Source: Thermodesulfobacteriota bacterium
GTDB taxonomy: Bacteria > Desulfobacterota_D > UBA1144 > Nemesobacterales > UBA2774
Direction of reading: 5' to 3'
Assembly: GCA_041390285.1 (NCBI GenBank)
Contig: JAWKQD010000002.1
Span: forward strand, 131,205-195,204
DNA length: 64,000 nucleotides
Part shown: piece after piece, positions 20,833-29,286 of the stretch
Layout of the letters: the number at the start of each line of letters is the position of its first letter
Position numbering within the stretch: the stretch's first letter is position 1
The notes under the pieces: generated by a model
Database searches by the model: none
Told to the model about the DNA's origin: nothing
Seen by the model: only the letters and a program-made list of their open reading frames with translations
Position numbers and translations under genes: made by a program

Positions 20833-22608
20833 ATGGGGAGATTTCGGAATATAACCGGAAAAGGGATTTTTGTACTGATACTCGCGCTCTCGATAAACGG
20901 CGTGTTTTTGGCGTGTGCGCCGTCGGGTCAGAAAACCTCTACCGAAGACCTTCAGGACACGGCTGTAGCCACGCCCGCGCCGCACGACAGGAATTATCTG
21001 ACCAACGCGATAAACCAGAAGGTTACTAGCTCCGCAGCCGCCCGCAGCATTACGGTAAGCGGCACAAACATGAGGCTGAGCCCCGCCCTTCCCGCTTTTT
21101 ACCAGAAACGCTCTTACGAAGCGGTATGGATAGACGGGAACGGTAACCCCCGCCAGGCCGACGAGCTGGTCGAGGCTATAAAAGCGAGTTACTACGAGGG
21201 CCTCAACCCCGAGGACTACGGCCTCACGCAGATGGAAGCCGTCCTCGCGAAGGTGAAATCGGCAAACGGCAAGGCCGACATCGCGGACCTCGCCGAGCTG
21301 GATGTCCAGTTTTCGAACTCATTCCTAACCTATGCAAACGATCTCTATTACGGCCAGGTCACGCCCGAGCAGATCGACCTCGAGCTCATATTCGGCGAAA
21401 GGCGGATCGACCTCGGGGACCTCATGGCCAAGGCCGTTTCTGAAGGCAGCGTCACGGAATCGCTGAATGGTCTCCTCCCGAAATACCCCGTTTACGGACA
21501 GCTTAAAACCGCGCTCGAAAGATACAGGCAGCTCGAAGCCGCTGGCGGATGGCAGCCTATCCCGGTGGGTCCGAAGTTCCAGAAAGGCGCGCGCGGGCCC
21601 AGGGTCACGGCCCTCAAGCAGAGGCTCGCCGTCACAGGCGAGCTCGACCAGGCCGACCTGTCGAACGATATCTTCGACCAGACCCTCGATCAGGCCGTAA
21701 GGAAATACCAGGAGAGGAACGGTCTCTACGTAGACGGTGTTGTCGGCGACTCAACTTTCGAGGCGCTCAACGTGCCGGTCAGTGTAAGGGTGAAGCAGAT
21801 AGAGCTCACTATGGAAAGGTGGCGTCTTCTGCCCCAGAACCTCGGGACAAAGTTCGTGCTCGTCAACATAGCGAATTTCCATCTCTACGGCGTCGAGAAC
21901 AACCATGACAACCTCGACATGAGGATAGTCGTCGGGAAGCCCGACTGGAACACACCAATATTCAGCGAGCAGATGACCCACATCGAGCTCAACCCTTACT
22001 GGAATATTCCGACAAGCATATTCAGGGACGACATAGCGCCCAACATAAAGGCCGACCCCGACTACATGAAGCGTAAGAACATCCAGGCCGTGGGGCTCAA
22101 GTATCACGCCCCGGAAGAAGGGGCCGACGAGACGGAAGTCGCATCGGCCCAGGAAGAGTATATATCGAAGGTGCTCTCCGGGAATTACAGGCTCAGACAG
22201 AACCCCGGCCCTGCAAACCCGCTCGGCAGGATAAAATTCCTGTTCCCGAACAAGCACTCCGTTTATCTACACGACACGCCTAACAGGGGCTACTTCAAGC
22301 GGGCGCAGAGGAATTTCAGCCACGGCTGCATCAGGGTGGAAAGGCCCTACGAGCTCGCCGAGTTCGTGATGGCGCCCGATCCCGAATGGAACCACGACTC
22401 TATAGAAAAGGCGATAAGGTCCGGCAGGACGAGAACCCTTCACCTCGCTACCCCCCTGCCCGTCTACATCCTTTACTTCACGGCGTGGGCTGACGACGAC
22501 GGAACCGTAAATTTCCACAAGGATATCTACGGGCTCGATCAGGTGCTCCAGAACGCGCTCCTCCAGTCGAAGGGGAGAACCGCCGGCGTCGCAAGCACAG
22601 TCAACTGA
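20833..22608 (+). CDS. L,D-transpeptidase (YcbB/LdtD-like) with peptidoglycan-binding domain
   Basis: Lipobox VFLAC, PG-binding repeat LKQRLAVTGELD..AVRKYQERNGLYVDGVVG, YkuD catalytic motif HSVYLHDTPNRGYFKRAQRNFSHGCIRV. ORF track start is 20782; I prefer the ATG at 20833 (MGRFRN..). Confidence 0.85.
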   Translation: MGRFRNITGKGIFVLILALSINGVFLACAPSGQKTSTEDLQDTAVATPAPHDRNYLTNAINQKVTSSAAARSITVSGTNMRLSPALPAFYQKRSYEAVWIDGNGNPRQADELVEAIKASYYEGLNPEDYGLTQMEAVLAKVKSANGKADIADLAELDVQFSNSFLTYANDLYYGQVTPEQIDLELIFGERRIDLGDLMAKAVSEGSVTESLNGLLPKYPVYGQLKTALERYRQLEAAGGWQPIPVGPKFQKGARGPRVTALKQRLAVTGELDQADLSNDIFDQTLDQAVRKYQERNGLYVDGVVGDSTFEALNVPVSVRVKQIELTMERWRLLPQNLGTKFVLVNIANFHLYGVENNHDNLDMRIVVGKPDWNTPIFSEQMTHIELNPYWNIPTSIFRDDIAPNIKADPDYMKRKNIQAVGLKYHAPEEGADETEVASAQEEYISKVLSGNYRLRQNPGPANPLGRIKFLFPNKHSVYLHDTPNRGYFKRAQRNFSHGCIRVERPYELAEFVMAPDPEWNHDSIEKAIRSGRTRTLHLATPLPVYILYFTAWADDDGTVNFHKDIYGLDQVLQNALLQSKGRTAGVASTVN

Positions 22609-22638
22609 CGGCTGCCGCTCCTTTCTATAAGGGTTGGA

Positions 22639-22842
22639 TCATTCCTTTATAATTTCAGTCTGATTATTGATGATGACCATGTGAACTTCGGCCCTCCGGC
22701 CGTCTTCGAACTTCACAAGGTAGGCCTTGCCGACCATTTTCGTCACGCTCCCCTCGATCTCCCCCATGAGGCCCGAGGCATATTCCTCTTCGCCGAGCTT
22801 TATCGGTAACACGACCTTGAATTTCGTTCCGGGAACGTACAT
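22639..22842 (-). CDS. Small hypothetical protein (67 aa)
   Basis: Intact ORF with upstream GGAGAG RBS and coding-like composition. No family recognised. Confidence 0.4.
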   Translation of the reverse strand: MYVPGTKFKVVLPIKLGEEEYASGLMGEIEGSVTKMVGKAYLVKFEDGRRAEVHMVIINNQTEIIKE

Positions 22843-22901
22843 GCGTTCTCTCCTATGGTGTCAGCCTTCGTCTATGGCTTGGTGATTGATAGAGTATAAA
22901 T

Positions 22902-22955
22902 AAAAAAAGCCCGGGCCGGCATTTTCGAGGAAAGGCCGTGGCCCGGGCTTTTGAA
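22902..22955 (-). terminator. Rho-independent terminator downstream of the sulfite/nitrite reductase gene (A-run/T-run on both sides, so potentially bidirectional)
   Basis: AAAAAAAGCCCGGGCC..(loop)..GGCCCGGGCTTTTGAAAAATTTTT: 10-bp perfect GC-rich stem flanked by A and T runs, immediately 3' of the stop at 22970. Confidence 0.7.
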
Positions 22956-22969
22956 AAATTTTTATATTC

Positions 22970-25141
22970 TCAGTTTTTGGTCGTATCCGTGAGGTTGGCC
23001 TGAACCCGCTCGCACTCGGCGTAAATATCCTTCGCGATGCCGAGCATCTTGTTCGCGAGCTCTTCGGTAGGCTCCTCCGCGGCAAGGTCCTTCAGCGTGA
23101 CCGATATATTGAGCCACTTCTGATCGGTCTCGCCCGTCCTGACGAGAAGGTTCTCGAACTCCCACATCGTCTGCTCCGTCGTGAACGGGTCAACGAGCTT
23201 TGTATAAAGCGGTACGTGGGCGCTGTCCGAGCATGCGCGGTAAGACTCCCTTATCGAGGCCGCATAGTCGCTGTGCGACAGAAAAGCCTCGGCCTGCTGG
23301 ATCCGCTTTTCGGCGGTAGCGAAATCGGGCACCTTCTCTTCGACGGTAGCCCCGGCGCACTCGCCCTTCATACCCTTTAAGAGCTCGAACTTCTTGTTCT
23401 CGTGCCCCCAGTCCTCGTAGAAAGTGGGGTCTTCTTCGAAAGATGGAATATCGGTGAACTGCGTTATCTCTTCTTTTAAGCGGTCGCGTCCGAGCCTTTC
23501 CATAACGACGTCGAAATGCTCGTCGCCCTCTCTCTCGTCCCTGTAAAGCTCTATCAGGTGCTTTACGACCTTGGGAGCGTTCCGCGTCGGAACCTTTATT
23601 ATCGATGTCGCAAGGCGCGTCTCGTCTCCGTAAAGCCCGCCGCCGATGAATACCTGCTCGGCCGGGACATTCTTCCCGTCCTTGGTGAGCGAAGCCCCCT
23701 GAAAGCCTATGCTCGCGACGACGTGCTGCGCACACGAATTGGGGCAGCCCGATATCTTTATCCTGAGGTCTTTCGTAAGCTCCTTATACTCGTCAAGGCC
23801 GTTGGTCATCCTGTTCGTGAGTTCCCCGGCAAGTCCCTTGGCCGACGTTATGCCGAGGCGGCACGTGTCCGCGCCCGGGCACGCGACGACGTCCTTGAAC
23901 GTGTCCGCGCCTGTTTCGGCTAGCTCCGCGTCCCTAAGTGCCGCGAACAGCGCTGGGAGCGCTTGCTTCGGCACCCACCTGAAAATAAGGTTCTGGAGTA
24001 TGGTCACCCTGACCTCTGCGCCGGAGAATACGTCTGCAAGGTCCGCGACTATCCTGGCCTTGTCGCTCGTTATGTCGCCCAGGTGTATGCGTATGTTCAC
24101 CATGGCGTAGTCGGGCAAGGCGTGCGGTAGCACGTTCGAATTCTTCCATTCTATAAATTCGGGATCGTTTTCTATACCCTCTGGCGCCTGCGGGATCCGC
24201 CCGGGATCGTAAGGCGGCGGGGTTTCATTTTCGGGTATGTCTTTAAGATAATCGTTCCACGAAGGATCGACCTCTAGAGCGGCCCTTTCTTCCTCGACCC
24301 TCTTTTTAAACTCTTCCCAGCCGAGGGACCTTATTAGGAACTTCATGCGGGCCTTCATCCTGATCTTGCGCTCGCCGTACCTGTCGAAGACTCGTATCAC
24401 GGCGGCCGAAAGCGGCAGCATTTCCTCTACGGGCATGAAGTCGGTCCAGAGCTCGCCAAGCTGGGGCGCTCCTCCGAGTCCGCCGCCTACGTAAACCTGG
24501 AAGCCGCGCTGGAGCTTCCCATCCACCTCTCTCACCCGGGCCCTGAACCCGAGGTCGTGTATCCTGACGCCGGCGTGGTCCACATCCTGGCATCCCTCGA
24601 AGCAAACCTTGAATTTCCTGCCCATGTTCTGGCAGATCGGGTTTCTGAGCATGAAGTTTTTAAAGGCTTCTGCATAGGGCGTCACGTCGAACGAGGAGGT
24701 CGGGGAAACGCCGGCCTGGTGGCAGGCGGTGACGTTCCTGACTGTATTGCCGCAGGCTTCGCGCGTCGTGATGCCGACGTCCGCGAGCTCGCGCATCATG
24801 TTGGGTACGTTTCTGATGGTTATGAAGTAAAGCTGGACGTCCTGACGTGTGGTGAGGTGAATGAATCCGCCGGCGTATTTATCCGCAACGTCCGCAAGAC
24901 GCCTGAACTGTACCGAGCTCATGCCGCCGAACGGGATCTTTATGCGCTGCATCTGTACGCCTTCCTGGCGCTGGGCATATGTGCCGAGCTGAAGACGGAA
25001 TTTCTGAAATTTGATCTCCCCGACAAGGCCCGCCAGGTAATCTTCTATCTTCCCCTGGTAGTCGTCGAGCTCCTCCCTTACAACCTTGGGAAGCCCTTCC
25101 TTGATCTCCCGCATAGACTTCTTCTTTACCTTAACTTCCAT
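22970..25141 (-). CDS. Assimilatory siroheme/[4Fe-4S] sulfite or nitrite reductase (ferredoxin-type, NirA/Sir family) with about 150-aa C-terminal extension
   Basis: 723-aa intact ORF with duplicated NIR_SIR ferredoxin-like and 4Fe-4S halves. Cluster-binding Cys motifs ACPGADTCRLG and ISGCPNSCAQH. Extra helical C-terminal region after ..DWGHENKKFEL. Confidence 0.85.
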   Translation of the reverse strand: MEVKVKKKSMREIKEGLPKVVREELDDYQGKIEDYLAGLVGEIKFQKFRLQLGTYAQRQEGVQMQRIKIPFGGMSSVQFRRLADVADKYAGGFIHLTTRQDVQLYFITIRNVPNMMRELADVGITTREACGNTVRNVTACHQAGVSPTSSFDVTPYAEAFKNFMLRNPICQNMGRKFKVCFEGCQDVDHAGVRIHDLGFRARVREVDGKLQRGFQVYVGGGLGGAPQLGELWTDFMPVEEMLPLSAAVIRVFDRYGERKIRMKARMKFLIRSLGWEEFKKRVEEERAALEVDPSWNDYLKDIPENETPPPYDPGRIPQAPEGIENDPEFIEWKNSNVLPHALPDYAMVNIRIHLGDITSDKARIVADLADVFSGAEVRVTILQNLIFRWVPKQALPALFAALRDAELAETGADTFKDVVACPGADTCRLGITSAKGLAGELTNRMTNGLDEYKELTKDLRIKISGCPNSCAQHVVASIGFQGASLTKDGKNVPAEQVFIGGGLYGDETRLATSIIKVPTRNAPKVVKHLIELYRDEREGDEHFDVVMERLGRDRLKEEITQFTDIPSFEEDPTFYEDWGHENKKFELLKGMKGECAGATVEEKVPDFATAEKRIQQAEAFLSHSDYAASIRESYRACSDSAHVPLYTKLVDPFTTEQTMWEFENLLVRTGETDQKWLNISVTLKDLAAEEPTEELANKMLGIAKDIYAECERVQANLTDTTKN

Positions 25142-25367
25142 AACTATCCCGTTACCTCCGTATGTTATTCGCCCTGGTGTGAAATTCTACTGGATTGACG
25201 GCCCTACCCGGAATATTCTATATAATCGCATGCATGTGAGCAAATTTATACCTACCCCGCATAAGCCTGAATATCATTGTAACACCCGGCCTTCTCCGGG
25301 CCGCTCCTGTCGGATTTCCGGCATTACAGCCGTCCCCTGCATCACATCAGGATGATACATAAATATG

Positions 25368-25383
25368 TGCAAACTCCGTGCCA
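25368..25383 (-). promoter_or_regulatory. Sigma-54 (RpoN) -24/-12 promoter
   Basis: The minus strand reads TGGCACGGAGTTTGCA, which matches TGGCACG-N4-TTGCW exactly. It sits about 227 nt upstream of the reductase ATG (25141) with no gene in between. Confidence 0.6.
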
Positions 25384-25531
25384 AAAAAGTCCGAGCACGC
25401 ACGCATCGACCTAACTATCTGTAATCATTCATATATACTTCCCACGCTCCGGTTTCAAGTAAAACAGGAGCATCACAGCGACGTATAATCGATATACAAT
25501 TTGGCGCATAGAAGTATCAAAAGTAACCGGC

Positions 25532-26355
25532 TTAAAGCGCTTCCCCGCAGTACTTACAGTAAGACGCGTCGCTCTCGTGCCCTTCCCTGCCGCAGCCCGG
25601 GCACGCCCTTCGTTGTCATTGCAGCCGCGTGTTTCCCAAAGGCCCTCGAGAACTCGACCCCCACGATGCCGGTCGGGACGGCTATAATGCTGTAGCCGAC
25701 AATCATTATCACGACCGATATGGCCTGACCGAGCGGGGTTTGCGGCGACATATCGCCGTAGCCCACGGTAGTCAGCGTGACTATCGCCCAATAGACGCTC
25801 AGGGGATGTTGTGGAATCCGTGCTCTGTGCCTTCGACGATGTACATCATGGAGCCGAGTATGACGACTATCGTGAGTATCGCGAACAGGAACACCGTTAT
25901 TTTCTGGACGCTGGCCCGGAGCGCAGTGACTATGAACTCGGCCTCGCCCATATATCTCGTAAGCTGAGCACCCTGAATATCCTGAGGACGCGGAGGATTC
26001 TGATGACGAGGAGGAACCGTGCCCCGGGAAAGAGGAGGTCCAGATAGGTAGGAATGACCGTCAGAAGGTCCACGACGCCGAAAAAGCTCGTCGCATACTT
26101 CAACGGACGGCTCACGGTAGCGAGGCGAAGTATATATTCGATCGTGAAGATTATCGTGAAGACCCATTCCAGGACGTAAAGCAGGCGGCCGTACTTCTCC
26201 GCGATCGAGCTCACGCTGTCCAGCATCACTGCGATCACGCTCGCGAAGATGCAGATAATAAGTACCTCGTCGAACAGCTTTCCCGCCCGTGTGTTCGATT
26301 CGAAAATTATCTTTCGGAGCTTTTCTCTCAAGCCGTTTTCTCTGGAAGGACTCAT
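25532..26355 (-). pseudogene. Voltage-gated-type (6TM) K+ channel with C-terminal zinc-ribbon tail, about 3 frame changes as sequenced
   Basis: S4-like [18 protein letters not shown] (ORF 25930-26355), pore and selectivity filter [11 protein letters not shown] (ORF 25554-25766), and a tail in another frame reading [23 protein letters not shown] with stop at 25532-25534. Confidence 0.75.
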
Positions 26356-26705
26356 CCCGTCTCCTGCCTGGTATTACCATCGTGAATTATAGTACTTTGC
26401 AGGAGAGAGGAAAACAAAAAGTATATTTGATTGGCGCTTCGGATTCCAACGGTCGCGTCCTATTATTTAGGAAAGAGATATAGGGACGAATCGAGAGCAG
26501 TGGACGCTCGGAAATCCCCACCTTGCCTGCTATGCCGATTTCCGGCAGGTGGCCCGCTCTTTTTCGAGGTAACGCGGGGTCGCTACAACCACCGAAGCAC
26601 ATCGGTAGATAACGGCAACTTATACGCTGCTACTTCGAATTCCAGTGGACGCGGCCCGGACACGCGGTGTCTTTTTACGACGTAGCGCAGAGGTGCCATG
26701 ATCTC

Positions 26706-27012
26706 TTAAGCGCGGCGGGCCGGTATTAGCTCAATACATAGGCACTGTCGATTTCCAACGGGTGTGACCTCCTTAATGTTGTATTTCAGCCTGAACTTCT
26801 TTATGTCTTCGCTGACTTCGGGAGAAAGCTGCGTTTTTCGGCCCGGGAGAATATAGTCCTGAGGACGTGCTTCTCTTCCTCGTCCACGACCTTGTCCTCG
26901 AGCGCGATCCTTTCCAGCATTTTAAGCTCTTCCTCGCTTATCGTGCCGTCGTTCGCGAAGACGACGAGGAAGGATATCCCATCAGCTGCTTTGCGCCTGA
27001 TTCTGAGCTCAT
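26706..27012 (-). pseudogene. Small TerB-like domain protein, fragmented as sequenced
   Basis: Manual minus-strand translation: MSSESGAKQLMG / ISFLVVFANDGTISEEELKMLERIALEDKVVDEEEKHVLRTIFSRAEK / QLSPEVSEDIKKFRLKYNIKE. The pattern resembles TerB/DjlA-N helical domains. RBS GGAGGA upstream. All fragments are below the ORF-track size cutoff. Confidence 0.35.
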
Positions 27013-27315
27013 CACCATATCCTCCGCAGGATAATTATAAATCAGCGGCAGTATTATAAACAGGAATTATTAAGACGATATTAAGGATAAAACACGAACG
27101 CACTACTTGAAGAATGCACTTTCGACCGTCTCCCGTTCCCTTATGACGCACGGCTCGCCGTTCTCTGAAGCACGTCAGGCGGGCGCGGGAATATGAATGT
27201 CCCGGACTGTGGTATGTTGTACGCCCCAACGTTTTTGACCACTAGCCTGTCTCCCGGTCCAAGCGGCGGGAGAGCTCGTTCTCGTTATAATGTCGGTCTG
27301 TAGACACAGCGGCCC

Positions 27316-28328
27316 TTAAACTATCGTCTCTTTCGGCTCGCCTTCAGGGTTGCCAATAAGCTCCACAGTCTGGTGCCGCCAGAACGACGTCGGAAGTAAA
27401 TTCACCCCGCGTCTATCACGACGGCTCGCCTTCCGCCCGGAATTTCCTTCGACGAGACGACAGTAGCGACGAGTCGTGCATCCTACGACGGCGCGTCCGG
27501 GCTCCAAGATCAGTAGCGGCGGCTCTTCGCCTTCGAATCCCGAGAGTAGCGGCCCCGTGACTGCATCGACGTACGGCCCGAAGCGCGCCAACGGACGGGA
27601 ACCCGCCGCCCATATCGATGTATTCGACTCTTATGCCGTGCCGCGCTTCGAGGTCCCTCGCCAGGCGCGCGAGATTTTTCCGCCGCCCTTCGGTAGGCCT
27701 CGGGATCCTTCGGCCATATGAGCTCGATGTCACGTGCGGGAGAGCCCTCCCCTCCGCCCGGCCTGATTATGTAACTCGTCAGGTGTATGTGAAGCCCGGC
27801 GACCCTTATACCGGCGGCCGCGCAATCGAGGGCAGCCTTCTCGGCCTCGCCCGATTCGAGGTTAAACCCGAACCTGTCCGGTAGCTGGTTTATGCCTACG
27901 TCAGTGCTAACCCTTATCCCGGCTGCGACGTCCTGCCCCCTCAGCTGCGATACGTTTCAGCGTTTCGAGCTCGTCCCGGTTATCGACGTTCACGAGCGCG
28001 CCTTCGTCGAGCGCCCTTTCGAGCTCTTCCCTTGTCTTGTAGGGGCCGTTGAATACTATGGAGGTCCCAGGGGCGCCGAGCCTCCGTGCGAGCTCGTATT
28101 CGAACCCGGACGCGACCTCGGCCCACGTCCCGTCCCTGTGTATGACTTCAGGATACCCGGTATGGAGTTCACCTTGTACGAATAGGAGACCGCGACCTTC
28201 GGATAACGGGACGAGAACTCGCCTCGGTGTTTCGAGGTTGCCCGTTATGGTTTCGGCAGAAGCCGCGAACAGCGGCAGGCGTATTTTTCGACAAGCGCGG
28301 CTGCGTCATATCCGGGGGCTTTTCTCAT
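27316..28328 (-). pseudogene. PLP-dependent decarboxylase, Orn/DAP/Arg decarboxylase (fold-type III) family, at least 5 frame changes as sequenced
   Basis: Pieces: MRKAPGYDAAALVEKY(G.PLF), VSYSYKVNSIPGIL (PLP-Lys motif), WAEVASGFEYELARRLGAPGTSIVFNGPYKTREELERALDEGALVNVDN, AGLHIHL, YIDMGGGFPS, LLILEPGRAVVG. Confidence 0.75.
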
Positions 28329-28333
28329 ATCGG

Positions 28334-29286
28334 TTAACAGGATACCGCAGTCACGCCGCCCCGGTATACCTCGACAGGTATTTGAGCCCCGTATCCAGGG
28401 CAGCACGGCGGCTATCCGCTCCCGGCCCTTCGTCCCTGCCGCGTATTCGAAGCCGCGGCGATTACGGCAGCGCTCGATTCGCCGACGAGGAGGCCCTCCG
28501 CCTTACGAGTTCGTCCACGGTCCTCCGCGCATCGTCTCACTCACCTGCAGCACGTCGTCTATGCAGTCAAAATCGACCACGCTCGGGATGAAGTTCTTCC
28601 CTATACCCTCTATATCGAAAGCCGAGGCCTCGCCCAAGACCCTTCGCGGTTATACTTTTGAAACACGGACCCGACTGGCTCGACACCGATTATCCTGACG
28701 TCCCCTTTCATTTCTTTAAGATCGTCCCGATACCGGTTATCGTGCCGCCGGTCCCCATCCCGCAGAGGACGGCGTCCACATCGCCGCTGGTGTCGCGCCA
28801 TATTTCGGGTCCGGTAGTTTTGTAATGCGTTTCCGGATTGAGCTTGTTAAAGTACTGGTTCACGTAGAATGCCCCGCGCTCGCGCGCGATCTTGTGGGCG
28901 ACCTTGTAACAGCTTCTTTCGTCCGACGGCGGGAGCCTTCGGGGTGAGGACCTCCGCGCCGTAGAGCCTTAGCGCCTGGATCTTCTCGGTGCTTATGGAC
29001 TCGGGCAGCGTGAATACGCACTGTATCCCTTCACCGCGCCTACGAGCGCAAGCGCAACGCCCATGTTCCCCGACGTCGCCTCGACTATCGTATCGCCCGG
29101 CTTAAGCGCGCCGCTTCGCTCGGCGTCCTCGACTATATACCTCGCAACCCTGTCCTTGACGCTCCCGCTCGGGTTATAGAACTCGAGCTTCGCGTAGACC
29201 TCGCTTTCGAGCCCCTCCGTAACGCTGTTCAGCCTCACGAGCGGGGTGTTGCCTATAAGGTCGAGTATGCCGGATTTAAGACTCAT
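28334..29286 (-). pseudogene. Cysteine synthase / cystathionine beta-synthase family PLP enzyme (fold-type II), at least 5 frame changes as sequenced
   Basis: ORF 28993-29286 reads IGNTPLVRL..KLEFYNPSGSVKDRVA..ATSGNMGVALA. Later pieces read [71 protein letters not shown]. Start overlaps the upstream stop (ATGA). The 3' end is uncertain (28334 or 28351). Confidence 0.75.

Noticed and set aside
22861-23165. Small minus-strand ORFs 22861-23085 and 22962-23165
   Set aside because: They overlap the terminator hairpin and the 3' end of the reductase gene in other frames. The products are Arg/Pro-rich and spurious.
26380-26700. Possible tmRNA or other known structured RNA in the gene-free gap
   Set aside because: There is no tRNA-like acceptor/T-arm, no tag reading frame ending in a stop, and no match to RNase P, SRP or 6S features that I can recognise. 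It is kept only as a low-interest sRNA candidate.
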